A stretch of DNA of 58,448 bases from Bacillota bacterium (GTDB lineage: Bacteria > Bacillota > Clostridia > Lachnospirales > Lachnospiraceae), in NCBI GenBank assembly GCA_023428885.1, contig JAEYWQ010000151.1:1-58448 (forward strand), given 5' to 3'. The translations under genes were made by a program, and so were the position numbers. Each line of letters opens with the position of its first letter. Within the stretch, counting starts at the first letter, position 1. A model generated the notes under the pieces. It did not search any database. It saw nothing but the letters and a program-made list of their open reading frames with translations, and was not told where the DNA came from. Shown here one piece after another: positions 40,213 to 49,712 of this stretch.

Positions 40213-42096
40213 TTATTCTTCCACAATTTTTTCAAACTGGCTATTGTATAGATTAGCGTAGAAACCATCTAACTTCATAAGCTCATCATGAGAGCCTTGT
40301 TCTACAATATCTCCATCCTTCATGCATAAGATAATATCTGCATTTTTAATGGTACTTAGTCTGTGTGCAATAATAAAACTTGTTCTACCCTTCATCAAAT
40401 TATCCATAGCCTTTTGGATTAAGATTTCTGTACGTGTATCTACTGAGCTAGTAGCCTCATCTAAAATCAATATCTTAGAGTCTGCAAGGACTGCACGGGC
40501 TATGGTTAGTAACTGTTTCTGTCCTTGTGATATATTCGTTGCCTCTTCATTTAATTCCATATGATAACCCTCTGGTAAGGTACGAATAAAGTGATCCGCC
40601 TGAGCTGCCTTTGCTGCTTTTATAACCTCTTCATCTGTAGCATCAAGTCGTCCATATCGGATATTATCCATGATCGTACCATTGTATAACCAGGTATCTT
40701 GAAGCACCATACCAAATCTAGTTCGTAAGTCAGTTCTTGTAAATTCCTCAATATTATGTCCATCCACATAGATAGCACCACTTTGAAGATCATGGAAACG
40801 CATTAATAATTTAACTAAGGTAGTTTTTCCTGCCCCTGTAGGCCCTACAATTGCAACCTTTTGACCTGCTTTGACAGATACAGAGAAATCATTAATAACA
40901 ATCTTGTCGGTATTTTCATAACCAAAACGAATATGCTCAAAGCGTACATCACCGGCAATATCCATATCCTGCATCCTAAGCTTAGGTACAATAACCTTTT
41001 CTTCCTCTTCATCCAGTAGCTCAAAAATTCGCTCTGCGGAAGCTGTCATCTGCTGAAATTGGTTCGTTATATTGGCTAACTGTGTTAATGGTTGTGTGAA
41101 AGAACGTACATACTGAATGAAGGCCTGAATTCCACCAATCGTCATTTTACCATTAGCTGTCATAGAAGCTCCCACAATACAGATTACAACGTATCCAATG
41201 TTACCCACAAAACTCATAATTGGCATCATTAAGCCAGACAAAAACTGGGACTTCCATGCAGATTCATATAATTTATCATTCTCTTGATCAAACTTTTCGA
41301 TGGACTTTTCTTCTCCATTAAAGGCTTTCATAACCAGGTGTCCACCATACATCTCTTCAATGTGACCATTTACACGTCCAAGAAAAACCTGCTGACCTTG
41401 AAAATATTTCTGTGACTTCTTCATCACTCCAATAACAAGAATCAATGAAAATGGTATCACAAGAAGTGATATTAATGTTAATCTCACACTAATGGTCAAC
41501 ATCATAATTAAAACACCAATGACTGAAGTAATGGATGTAATCATTTGAGTTACACTTTGATTCAATGACATATTCAATGTATCTACATCATTGGTGATAC
41601 GAGATAAAACTTCACCATGACTAGTCTTGTTGTAGTAAGAAAAAGGTAGACGGTTCATTTTTGTCATTAATTCATTTCTTAGATTATAAGCCACTTTTGT
41701 AGATATTCCAGCCATAACATGACCTTGGATATAGGAAAACACCATGCTGATCACATATAAAGCGATTAATATTAAGATAATGTTTCCAATGTATCCAAAG
41801 TCAATGGTATTTTCTTTTCCACCAAACATACTTACCAAGCCCTTTGCTAAGGCATCTGTGGCCTTCGCTAAGATCTTTGGTCCTACGATTGTAAAAACGG
41901 TTGATACCATTGCAAATATTAAAACAATAATTATTTGTAGACGAAAAGGTTTCATATAGGATAATAACCGTTTAAAACTAGCTTTAAAATTCTTTGCCTT
42001 TTCGCCAGCGCCCATACCCATATGGCCTCCGCCTGCTGGGCCTTTCGGACGTTTTACATCGGTCACATTGTTTGGAGTTTGATTGTGTTTACTCAT
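40213..42096 (-). CDS. heterodimeric multidrug-type ABC exporter subunit (TM288-like)
   Basis: TMD plus NBD: GPTGAGKTT, ISQGQKQ, LDEATSSVD, IAHRL. Confidence 0.93.
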   Translation of the reverse strand: MSKHNQTPNNVTDVKRPKGPAGGGHMGMGAGEKAKNFKASFKRLLSYMKPFRLQIIIVLIFAMVSTVFTIVGPKILAKATDALAKGLVSMFGGKENTIDFGYIGNIILILIALYVISMVFSYIQGHVMAGISTKVAYNLRNELMTKMNRLPFSYYNKTSHGEVLSRITNDVDTLNMSLNQSVTQMITSITSVIGVLIMMLTISVRLTLISLLVIPFSLILVIGVMKKSQKYFQGQQVFLGRVNGHIEEMYGGHLVMKAFNGEEKSIEKFDQENDKLYESAWKSQFLSGLMMPIMSFVGNIGYVVICIVGASMTANGKMTIGGIQAFIQYVRSFTQPLTQLANITNQFQQMTASAERIFELLDEEEEKVIVPKLRMQDMDIAGDVRFEHIRFGYENTDKIVINDFSVSVKAGQKVAIVGPTGAGKTTLVKLLMRFHDLQSGAIYVDGHNIEEFTRTDLRTRFGMVLQDTWLYNGTIMDNIRYGRLDATDEEVIKAAKAAQADHFIRTLPEGYHMELNEEATNISQGQKQLLTIARAVLADSKILILDEATSSVDTRTEILIQKAMDNLMKGRTSFIIAHRLSTIKNADIILCMKDGDIVEQGSHDELMKLDGFYANLYNSQFEKIVEE

Positions 42097-44315
42097 GCTA
42101 ATTCCTCCTTTGACAACTGACTTTCTGCGATTTCACGGTATTCACTGCAGTTTGCTAATAACTCTTGGTGTGTTCCCTTACCAACAATACGACCTTCATC
42201 GATTACGATAATTTGCTCTGCCTTCATAATTGTGCTGACACGCTGAGCAACAATTAATACCGTTGCATTTGCTGTGTGTTGCTTTAAGGCTTTTCTTAAG
42301 GCAGAATCTGTTTTATAGTCTAGGGCAGAAAAACTATCATCAAAGATAAAGATCGGAGGTTTCTTCACCAGAGCACGAGCTATGGATAAACGTTGCTTTT
42401 GACCACCACTGACATTGGTACCACCTTGAGATATCGGTGTATTAATTCCATTCTCTGTTCCCTCCACAAAGTCTTTCGCCTGAGCAACATCCACTGCTGT
42501 AAGAACCTCTTCTAAGCTGGCATCTTCTTTTCCGTAACGGATATTGGAGTCAATGTCACCTGTAAATAGGATACCTTTTTGTGGAACGTATCCTATCATA
42601 TCTCGTAAATCTTTCTGTGCAAGATCACGAATATCCATACCATCAATCATAATTTTTCCACCCGTAACATCATAAAATCGTGGAATTAAATTAATTAAGG
42701 TAGATTTACCAGAACCTGTTGAACCGATGAAAGCTGTAGTCTCGCCTGGTCTTGCAGTAAAACTGATATGTTCTAAGACATCTGTTTCTGCATTGTGATA
42801 ACGGAAAGATACATTGTCAAATTCAATGGTTCCAGTTACCTTTTCTAACTTCTTAATCTGTTCCTTGTCTTTGATTTCTAATTCAGTCTCAAGCACTTCG
42901 CGAATACGGTTTGCAGACACAGAAGCACGAGGTACCATAATGAATATCATAGAAATCATTAAGAAGGAAAAGATAACCTGCATTGCATACTGCATGAATG
43001 CCATCATATCACCAATGTGTAAGGTAGAATCTGCAATTGCTTTACTTCCAAACCATACGATGGCTAAGGTAACCCCACTCATGATAAATGTCATCATTGG
43101 CATCATAAAGGCCATGGTTCTTTGCACAAAAAGGTTGGTTTTACTTAAATTAGTATTAGCGGTATCGAATCTTTTCTCTTCATAGCTTTCATTTCCAAAG
43201 GCACGAATAACCATCATGCCACCCAAACTCTCACGGCTAACAAGGTTGATACGATCAATCAGCTTCTGTAAAGCTTTAAACTTAGGTAACGCAACTGCAA
43301 ATATGATTGAGATAAAGCCCAACATAATAACCACTGCTAATGCAATGATCCAACTTAAACTTACACTGGTCTGAACTGCAAAAATAATTCCACCAATACC
43401 CATAATTGGAGCAAAGCACAACATACGAATTCCCATGACAATAAGCATCTGAACCTGCTGGATATCATTTGTTGTTCTCGTAATTAAGGACGCAGTAGAG
43501 AATTTATCATACTCGTTACTAGAGAAACTCTCAACTTTAGCAAAAATATCCCTACGAAGCTTCTGGGATACCATAGCAGCAACTCTGGAAGCAAAGAATC
43601 CAACTCCAATTGCCGCAACGATACCTCCAAGTGCAACTAATAACATCTTTAACCCTGTCCATAAGATATAATCACGTTGAATCCCATTAACATTCACTCC
43701 AAGTTCTTGATAGAAAGCCTTAGTAAATCCTGGTCCTACCATTTCATAAACAAAAGAATCCACATTCTGAGATGCCTGTATAGAAGCCTCGATCGCTCCC
43801 TCTGGCATGGAAGCTAACATTGGTAGCACCTGATACAACTGTGTTATGTCTATATTAGACTCTGTTGATGCCTCATCACTTCCCTGTGTGGTCCCAGTTC
43901 CCTCAGTCTGAAACATACCAATAAATGAATAAAGTGACCTACCATAGAGTTCACCGATATGAGCTGTCTGCTCTTTGTTCAAATCTTTGATCAAAAATAT
44001 ATTTTTTTCTTTAACAAGTGGATATTGTTTCTCATAGTCTCTTGCTATGTTAGAATCTGTCTCAACCAGTTCATATGATGAAAGAAAACTTTCTTTGTTC
44101 TCATCACTCATAAAGGAAGTAACAAAATTCATTCCTTCTTCACTCATAGCATCCGGAGTCTTTTCTGTGATACCACCATACTGAATACCTGTGGTTACGA
44201 TATCACTCATAAGGTTTGGTAAACTAAGCTCACTCACGGCCTGCCCAAACAATAATATGAATGATAATATAAGTACACCAATATATGGTTTTAGATACTT
44301 AAAAACTATCTTCAT
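42093..44315 (-). CDS. heterodimeric ABC exporter subunit (TM287-like) with a large extracellular insertion
   Basis: GSTGSGKST, VSGGQ, degenerate FDDSFSALD/VAQR; long soluble insert after TM1. Confidence 0.93.
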   Translation of the reverse strand: MKIVFKYLKPYIGVLILSFILLFGQAVSELSLPNLMSDIVTTGIQYGGITEKTPDAMSEEGMNFVTSFMSDENKESFLSSYELVETDSNIARDYEKQYPLVKEKNIFLIKDLNKEQTAHIGELYGRSLYSFIGMFQTEGTGTTQGSDEASTESNIDITQLYQVLPMLASMPEGAIEASIQASQNVDSFVYEMVGPGFTKAFYQELGVNVNGIQRDYILWTGLKMLLVALGGIVAAIGVGFFASRVAAMVSQKLRRDIFAKVESFSSNEYDKFSTASLITRTTNDIQQVQMLIVMGIRMLCFAPIMGIGGIIFAVQTSVSLSWIIALAVVIMLGFISIIFAVALPKFKALQKLIDRINLVSRESLGGMMVIRAFGNESYEEKRFDTANTNLSKTNLFVQRTMAFMMPMMTFIMSGVTLAIVWFGSKAIADSTLHIGDMMAFMQYAMQVIFSFLMISMIFIMVPRASVSANRIREVLETELEIKDKEQIKKLEKVTGTIEFDNVSFRYHNAETDVLEHISFTARPGETTAFIGSTGSGKSTLINLIPRFYDVTGGKIMIDGMDIRDLAQKDLRDMIGYVPQKGILFTGDIDSNIRYGKEDASLEEVLTAVDVAQAKDFVEGTENGINTPISQGGTNVSGGQKQRLSIARALVKKPPIFIFDDSFSALDYKTDSALRKALKQHTANATVLIVAQRVSTIMKAEQIIVIDEGRIVGKGTHQELLANCSEYREIAESQLSKEELA

Positions 44316-44450
44316 GCTGTTTTATGTCCTCCTATCAATTTAGATGTCATCTGCTTTTTTATAAATAATATTCATTTCATTGTCGGCATTGTATCATTGC
44401 TTTGTTGAGCCGTCAACGGTCTTAATCAAAATTTAATAAATGTATTTTGA

Positions 44451-45167
44451 TTATTTCATATAGATTTCAAACTTCCTCTTCCCGATCAATTGCTTTTCTT
44501 TGCGTATTCCTGACTTAAGGCTAATCTTTTGATGTTTATCAGAGCATATTGCTATTACAGTTTCCTTACCTGCAATAGACAGTAAATTCTCTAATAATTG
44601 ATCAATCATTATATGATCAGAACTACTCCATTCCACTAGATTACCATAAGGTACATCCGCAAATATAATATCTGCAAGATCATTCATTCGCTGGATCTCG
44701 TTTAGTTTAGTTGCATCAGCATAAAAGAATTCAACAAGTGTATCATTAACCTTAGGGCTGAATTCTTGAATCATATGTTCACAACTTTGAATAGCACCTA
44801 GATGTGAAGGCTTTCCATAGTTATCAAAGTTGACTTGTAGCTCAGATTTTCTTTGTTCTAAACCAAACTTGGTAAGTAAAGCAGCATTCTTATTCGCTAT
44901 CGCCAATGCCTCCATCGATACATCAGATCCATAAATCTTAGAAATCTTATCCCCCTGTAGCATCCCTAAAACCGTATCCATATATCCGCCTCCACAGCAC
45001 GGATCATAAAGGGTTAAGTTCTCTTTCTTCTTGGAATAACTAACACATCTAAGAAAAATCTCCTGCATCAGTCTTACAGGAAAGTTTGTCATACCAGGTC
45101 GTTGATAAAGTACTCTTCCACTCGCAAAATCTACATAGTTTTCATCCCTTGTATATTTATATTCCAT
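44451..45167 (-). CDS. AviRa-like SAM-dependent (rRNA) methyltransferase
   Basis: DFASGRVLY, NFPVRL, LYDPCCGGGY, GSDV and DVPYG resemble the AviRa family. Confidence 0.7.
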   Translation of the reverse strand: MEYKYTRDENYVDFASGRVLYQRPGMTNFPVRLMQEIFLRCVSYSKKKENLTLYDPCCGGGYMDTVLGMLQGDKISKIYGSDVSMEALAIANKNAALLTKFGLEQRKSELQVNFDNYGKPSHLGAIQSCEHMIQEFSPKVNDTLVEFFYADATKLNEIQRMNDLADIIFADVPYGNLVEWSSSDHIMIDQLLENLLSIAGKETVIAICSDKHQKISLKSGIRKEKQLIGKRKFEIYMK

Positions 45168-45377
45168 CTTAATCCTCCTATCATCCAACAGTACTTTTCA
45201 TCTAAGTTTACCACAATGTGCATACCCTTACACAATTATTTGCTAAAAGAGTTAATTCCTAACTTCCCATAAGAACAAAAGTGTGCCTCGCACACTCTCA
45301 CGACCAAAAAGCACACTCTCGCGATATAGTTTAACGTAAGATCACACTTTTGCTCCGCGCGCGAAGCTGCGCATCAT

Positions 45378-45434
45378 GCCCGAAGGGCTTTTTAATGAAT
45401 AGGAAAAACGACGCAATTTCCTATTCATTAAAAA
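45378..45434. repeat. twin-hairpin repeat family, copy D
   Basis: GCCC-gaa-GGGC plus TTTTTAATGAATAGGAAA...TTTCCTATTCATTAAAAA. Confidence 0.75.
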
Positions 45435-45545
45435 TAGAGAACAACTCCACTATGCAAATTATAGCATTGTAATGACTTGTTCTCTATCATTAATTTTATT
45501 TTATTTGTTATTGAACTTAACCCTTACTTTAATATAAGCAATTAC

Positions 45546-46310
45546 TTATAGCACCTTAGATAGAAACTCTTGTAGGCGAGGGTTTTTAGGATGTTCAAAA
45601 AACTCCTGTGGAGTATTCTGTTCCTGAATCTTACCTTGGTCGATAAAGATAACACGATCTGCAACTTCCCTTGCAAATCCCATCTCATGAGTTACTACTA
45701 CCATGGTCATTCCTTCATGCCCAAGTTCCTTCATAATGTCAAGAACTTCTCCTACCATCTCAGGGTCAAGTGCTGATGTTGGCTCATCAAATAACATCAC
45801 ATCTGGATCCATTGCGAGTGCTCGAACGATAGCAATACGTTGTTTCTGACCACCAGATAACTGAGATGGATAAGCATTCGCACGGTTAGCTAATCCAACA
45901 CGTTCTAATAACTGCATTGCTTTTTTCTTAGCTTCCTCTTCCGATTTCCCTTGCAGTTTCATTGGTGCAACCATCAGGTTCTTTAAGATCGTCATATGAG
46001 GGAAAAGATTAAAATGTTGAAAGACCATACCCATCTTTTGACGATGTTTATTGATATCTGTCTTTTTATCTGTAATGTCCACTCCCTCGAAATAAATCTG
46101 ACCAGAAGTAGGAACCTCCAATAGATTCAAGGAACGTAGAAAGGTAGATTTTCCTGAGCCAGAAGGACCCACAACTACCACCACTTCACCTTTCCTAATT
46201 TCTTCTGAAATACCATCTAAGGCAAAGACCTTACCATATGCTTTCTTTAAATCACAAACTTTAATTAATACATCCTGATCAATGTTCACTGTTACGCAGC
46301 CTCCTTTCAA
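45546..46310 (-). CDS. polar amino acid ABC transporter ATP-binding protein (GlnQ/ArtP-like)
   Basis: [39 protein letters not shown]. Confidence 0.95.
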   Translation of the reverse strand: MKGGCVTVNIDQDVLIKVCDLKKAYGKVFALDGISEEIRKGEVVVVVGPSGSGKSTFLRSLNLLEVPTSGQIYFEGVDITDKKTDINKHRQKMGMVFQHFNLFPHMTILKNLMVAPMKLQGKSEEEAKKKAMQLLERVGLANRANAYPSQLSGGQKQRIAIVRALAMDPDVMLFDEPTSALDPEMVGEVLDIMKELGHEGMTMVVVTHEMGFAREVADRVIFIDQGKIQEQNTPQEFFEHPKNPRLQEFLSKVL

Positions 46311-46968
46311 AATAATTCACGAGCTTTGTAAGCAGCAAAACTAAAGCAAGATAAATGACAGCAACCGCTGCTAATGGCATAAATACATCAAAAGTCTTAG
46401 TTTTAATAATATCTGCACCCTTCATTAAATCCTCAAGAGCAATATAACTTGCTACTGAAGTCTCTTTTAGTAACACAATAAATTCATTACCAAGAGCTGG
46501 TAAGATATTCTTAATTGCTTGTGGTAAAATTATAATCTTCATGGTTTGACTATAATTAAATCCAAGGCTTCGTCCAGCTTCAAACTGTCCATTGTCAACA
46601 GCCATAATTCCTGATCGTACAATTTCAGCAACATACGCTCCTGAATTCATACCGAAAGCAATGATAGCAACAAAGGTTTTATCAATATTAACGGATTGAA
46701 ATACAACAAAATAAATAATTAAAAGCTGAACTAATACTGGAGTACCACGTATTACTGTAATATATAGATTACTAATGAAATTTAAGATACGTAATTTACC
46801 AGTTTTATCGTGGGTAGAGCGAATAATCGCTATTACAAAGCCGATAACAACACCAATTAGTACAGCGAAGAAGGTAACTGTAAGAGTTACCCTAAGACCG
46901 TCTGCTAGATACTTCCATCGATCTTCCTTTATAAAATTATTATAGAAACTGTCTGCAAAACTACTCAC
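46279..46968 (-). CDS. polar amino acid ABC transporter permease
   Basis: [30 protein letters not shown]. Confidence 0.95.
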   Translation of the reverse strand: MSSFADSFYNNFIKEDRWKYLADGLRVTLTVTFFAVLIGVVIGFVIAIIRSTHDKTGKLRILNFISNLYITVIRGTPVLVQLLIIYFVVFQSVNIDKTFVAIIAFGMNSGAYVAEIVRSGIMAVDNGQFEAGRSLGFNYSQTMKIIILPQAIKNILPALGNEFIVLLKETSVASYIALEDLMKGADIIKTKTFDVFMPLAAVAVIYLALVLLLTKLVNYFERRLRNSEH

Positions 46969-47006
46969 AGCTTAATCCCCCTTCATCCTATAACAAGTCA
47001 CTCAGC

Positions 47007-47780
47007 TTATTTTTTAACAATTACAACCTGACGTCCTGTATAATAACTATCAGTAAAGTCAATGGTTAATAGACGTTCTTCTGTTACTGTCATACCAGCA
47101 ACACCAATATCAGCTTTTCCTGTCTGAACTGCTGCAATAATAGAATCAAACTTCATATCACTAATTTCTAATTCTTTTCCTAAGATATCAGCGATTGCTT
47201 GTGCCATATCAATATCCACACCAGCAAATCCATCTCCTTCTCTGAACTCGTAGGGAGGGAATTCTGCATTGGTTGCCATAATTAATTTTCCATTACGTTC
47301 TACATCTTTTGCAACATAGCGGCTAGCACCTTCTACGTTACCGATGTAGTAATCAACGATTGCCTGGAAAGTTCCATTTTCTTTTAATTCAGCAATCGCT
47401 GCATTGATCTGTGTCTTTAATTCTGTATTCTCTTTAGAGATACAGATTGCATAATCTTCAAGTGCATATTCTTCCTCAAGAATCTTTAATTTATCATTCT
47501 GACTTACAAAAACCTGAGCTGGTTGATCATCAATAATAACTGCATCAACCTTGCCTTGATTTAATGCTAACACTGCTTCAGCACCCTTGTCAAAACGTTC
47601 AACAGCATCATCACCAAATTCATCCGCTGCATAGATATCACCGGTTGTTCCTGATTGAACGCCAATCTTAGCACCTTTTAAATCCTCTACACTATTAATA
47701 ACCTTAGTCTCTTTCTTGCTGCATCCAGCGAAAGATACTGCCATTGTCAAAATTAAGCCTACTGCAAATAAACGTTTCAT
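47007..47780 (-). CDS. polar amino acid ABC transporter substrate-binding lipoprotein (circularly permuted SBP_bac_3)
   Basis: Lipobox FAGC; the DLKGAKIGVQSGTTG segment precedes the LIMATNAEFPPYEF segment. Confidence 0.9.
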   Translation of the reverse strand: MKRLFAVGLILTMAVSFAGCSKKETKVINSVEDLKGAKIGVQSGTTGDIYAADEFGDDAVERFDKGAEAVLALNQGKVDAVIIDDQPAQVFVSQNDKLKILEEEYALEDYAICISKENTELKTQINAAIAELKENGTFQAIVDYYIGNVEGASRYVAKDVERNGKLIMATNAEFPPYEFREGDGFAGVDIDMAQAIADILGKELEISDMKFDSIIAAVQTGKADIGVAGMTVTEERLLTIDFTDSYYTGRQVVIVKK

Positions 47781-48258
47781 ATGTTCTCCTCCTATAACTA
47801 TGTGATATATCAATTATGAAAATGAGTATAGCACCAGTGTTATAAAAATGCAAGAATTATTTATAAATATTAATCCAAAAATTACTCCCTTTTTCTTACT
47901 AGTTTTATACTTATTAACAGCAAACAAATAGCAACAATAACTCTAAACCTTATTGTCCCCAAATATTTACTTGATGTATCAGATATTACACAAGATTATT
48001 TATATATTTTATATAATAAATATACGTTACTTTTTATATTTCATATACAATATTCTACAATCTAACACTATATAGTCTTTGCAAAAAAAGAAAAGTTGTA
48101 TCACATTTCTATAAATTCTTTTACTTTGGATTTTCACTTTTATATACATAATCTGATTGGAAAATGAGATATTAATAATGTAAGTTTTTATAACAACCTA
48201 GATTAATTACACATTGTTTTAATTTCACGAAAAGAAACAATCTTTGGGAGGAAGAACT

Positions 48259-48456
48259 TTGGACTTATTAGGAAACCAAGAAATACCGATTGGATTTAGT
48301 ATGGCTTTAGCGAAAGACACCAAAGCAATGAATGCTTTCTCTACCATGTCAGAAAGTCAGCGTCATAATGTAATTGAAAGGGCAAAGAATATTAAGTCAA
48401 AGCAAGAAATGGAACATTATGTGAACACTACATTTACAGAAAATAAGACATTTTAG
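48259..48456 (+). CDS. small hypothetical protein (65 aa)
   Basis: GGGAGG RBS then TTG; EIPIGFSMALAKD...SKQEMEHYV. Confidence 0.7.
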   Translation: MDLLGNQEIPIGFSMALAKDTKAMNAFSTMSESQRHNVIERAKNIKSKQEMEHYVNTTFTENKTF

Positions 48457-48473
48457 AAAAGGTGGTGAATAAT

Positions 48474-48626
48474 ATGACTTATGTATCTCCAAAAGTAAGG
48501 GACAAATTTGAAACTTTATCGAAAGGTTTACAGAATATGATATTAGAACGTAACACCAAAATAGATACCATGCAAGATTTAATTCAGGTTCTAGAAGATA
48601 TTGTAAAAGAGGATGAGGGTAAATAG
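48474..48626 (+). CDS. small hypothetical protein (50 aa, absent from the ORF track)
   Basis: AAGGTGGTGA RBS; MTYVSPKVRDKFETLSKGLQNMILERNTKIDTMQDLIQVLEDIVKEDEGK. Confidence 0.7.
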   Translation: MTYVSPKVRDKFETLSKGLQNMILERNTKIDTMQDLIQVLEDIVKEDEGK

Positions 48627-48706
48627 TAAGTAAAAGAGAGTCAAAATGCCTAGCTCTAATGTAGAGCAAGGATTTATGACTCTCTTTTTATGTTTTGCTG
48701 TGATTA

Positions 48707-49696
48707 TTACCATTCAAATACGACAGCTCCATAGGTTAATCCTGCTCCAAATCCCACAAGACACACTTTATCCCCTGCTTTTAATCTTCCTTCCTGCTTT
48801 AGATGATATAAACCAAGTGGAATGCAAGCACTTGAAATATTTCCATAATCGGTAAGACCTACATAAACTTTTTCCACAGGAAGCTTTAACTTTTTGTTTG
48901 CTGAGATAAGGATACGTTCATTTGCTTGGTGAGGAACTAGCAGGTCTAGCTCGTCCTTTGTAAGATTAGCCTTATTAAGAACCATTTCTACTGCTTTTGG
49001 GAGCATGACAGTAGCAAACTTATAGATTTCGTTTCCCTCCATGAACATATACCCATGTGGAAATAAATCAACCTCTTCGATGCCATAGCTATCCCTTTTC
49101 TTATCCCAAGGACTTTTATGATGTAATACCTTTGAGTAAAGACGATATGCTCCTGTAGAATCACCACCTAGATAAGAAGCATAAATACCCTCACCCAAAG
49201 TCACTACGGCAGCACTGGCTCCATCCCCGAATAGGACACAGGTGGAACGGTCTTCAAAATCAATATCTCTTGTGATAAATTCCGTAGATACAATTAATAT
49301 ATTACGATATGCTTTTGTCTCCAGGAAATTCCGTGCAATATCGAATGCATATACGAACCCCGTGCAGGCTCCATTTATATCCATTGCTGCAGCGGTATTG
49401 TTTCCTAATTCATACCCGACTAAACTAGCAACGGATGGTGTAAAGCAATCAGGACTCATCGTAGTTGCTAATATCATATCAATCTCATCAATTGTAAGCT
49501 TGGCCTCTTCTAATGCCATCTTCGCTGCCTTAGCTCCCATCTGATAAGCTAATTCCCCATTTGAAATCCTACGACGTTTGATACCTGTTCTCTTTGATAT
49601 CCATTCATCAGACGTATCAACAATTTTCGCCAAGTCATCATTTGTTACGATTAATTCAGGTACATAAATCCCTGTTCCCGTTACTTTTATACTCAT
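48707..49696 (-). CDS. fabH: beta-ketoacyl-ACP synthase III
   Basis: DTSDEWI..RTGI, GACTGF (Cys), LFGDGA, PHQAN (His), YGNISSA (Asn), GFGAGLTYG. Confidence 0.93.
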   Translation of the reverse strand: MSIKVTGTGIYVPELIVTNDDLAKIVDTSDEWISKRTGIKRRRISNGELAYQMGAKAAKMALEEAKLTIDEIDMILATTMSPDCFTPSVASLVGYELGNNTAAAMDINGACTGFVYAFDIARNFLETKAYRNILIVSTEFITRDIDFEDRSTCVLFGDGASAAVVTLGEGIYASYLGGDSTGAYRLYSKVLHHKSPWDKKRDSYGIEEVDLFPHGYMFMEGNEIYKFATVMLPKAVEMVLNKANLTKDELDLLVPHQANERILISANKKLKLPVEKVYVGLTDYGNISSACIPLGLYHLKQEGRLKAGDKVCLVGFGAGLTYGAVVFEW

Positions 49697-49712
49697 ACAA
49701 ATTCTCCATCAT

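Noticed and set aside
47835..47872. ArgR boxes upstream of the amino-acid ABC operon
   Set aside because: Only loose matches (TGCATTTTTATAAC) in very AT-rich DNA, not distinguishable from chance by eye.
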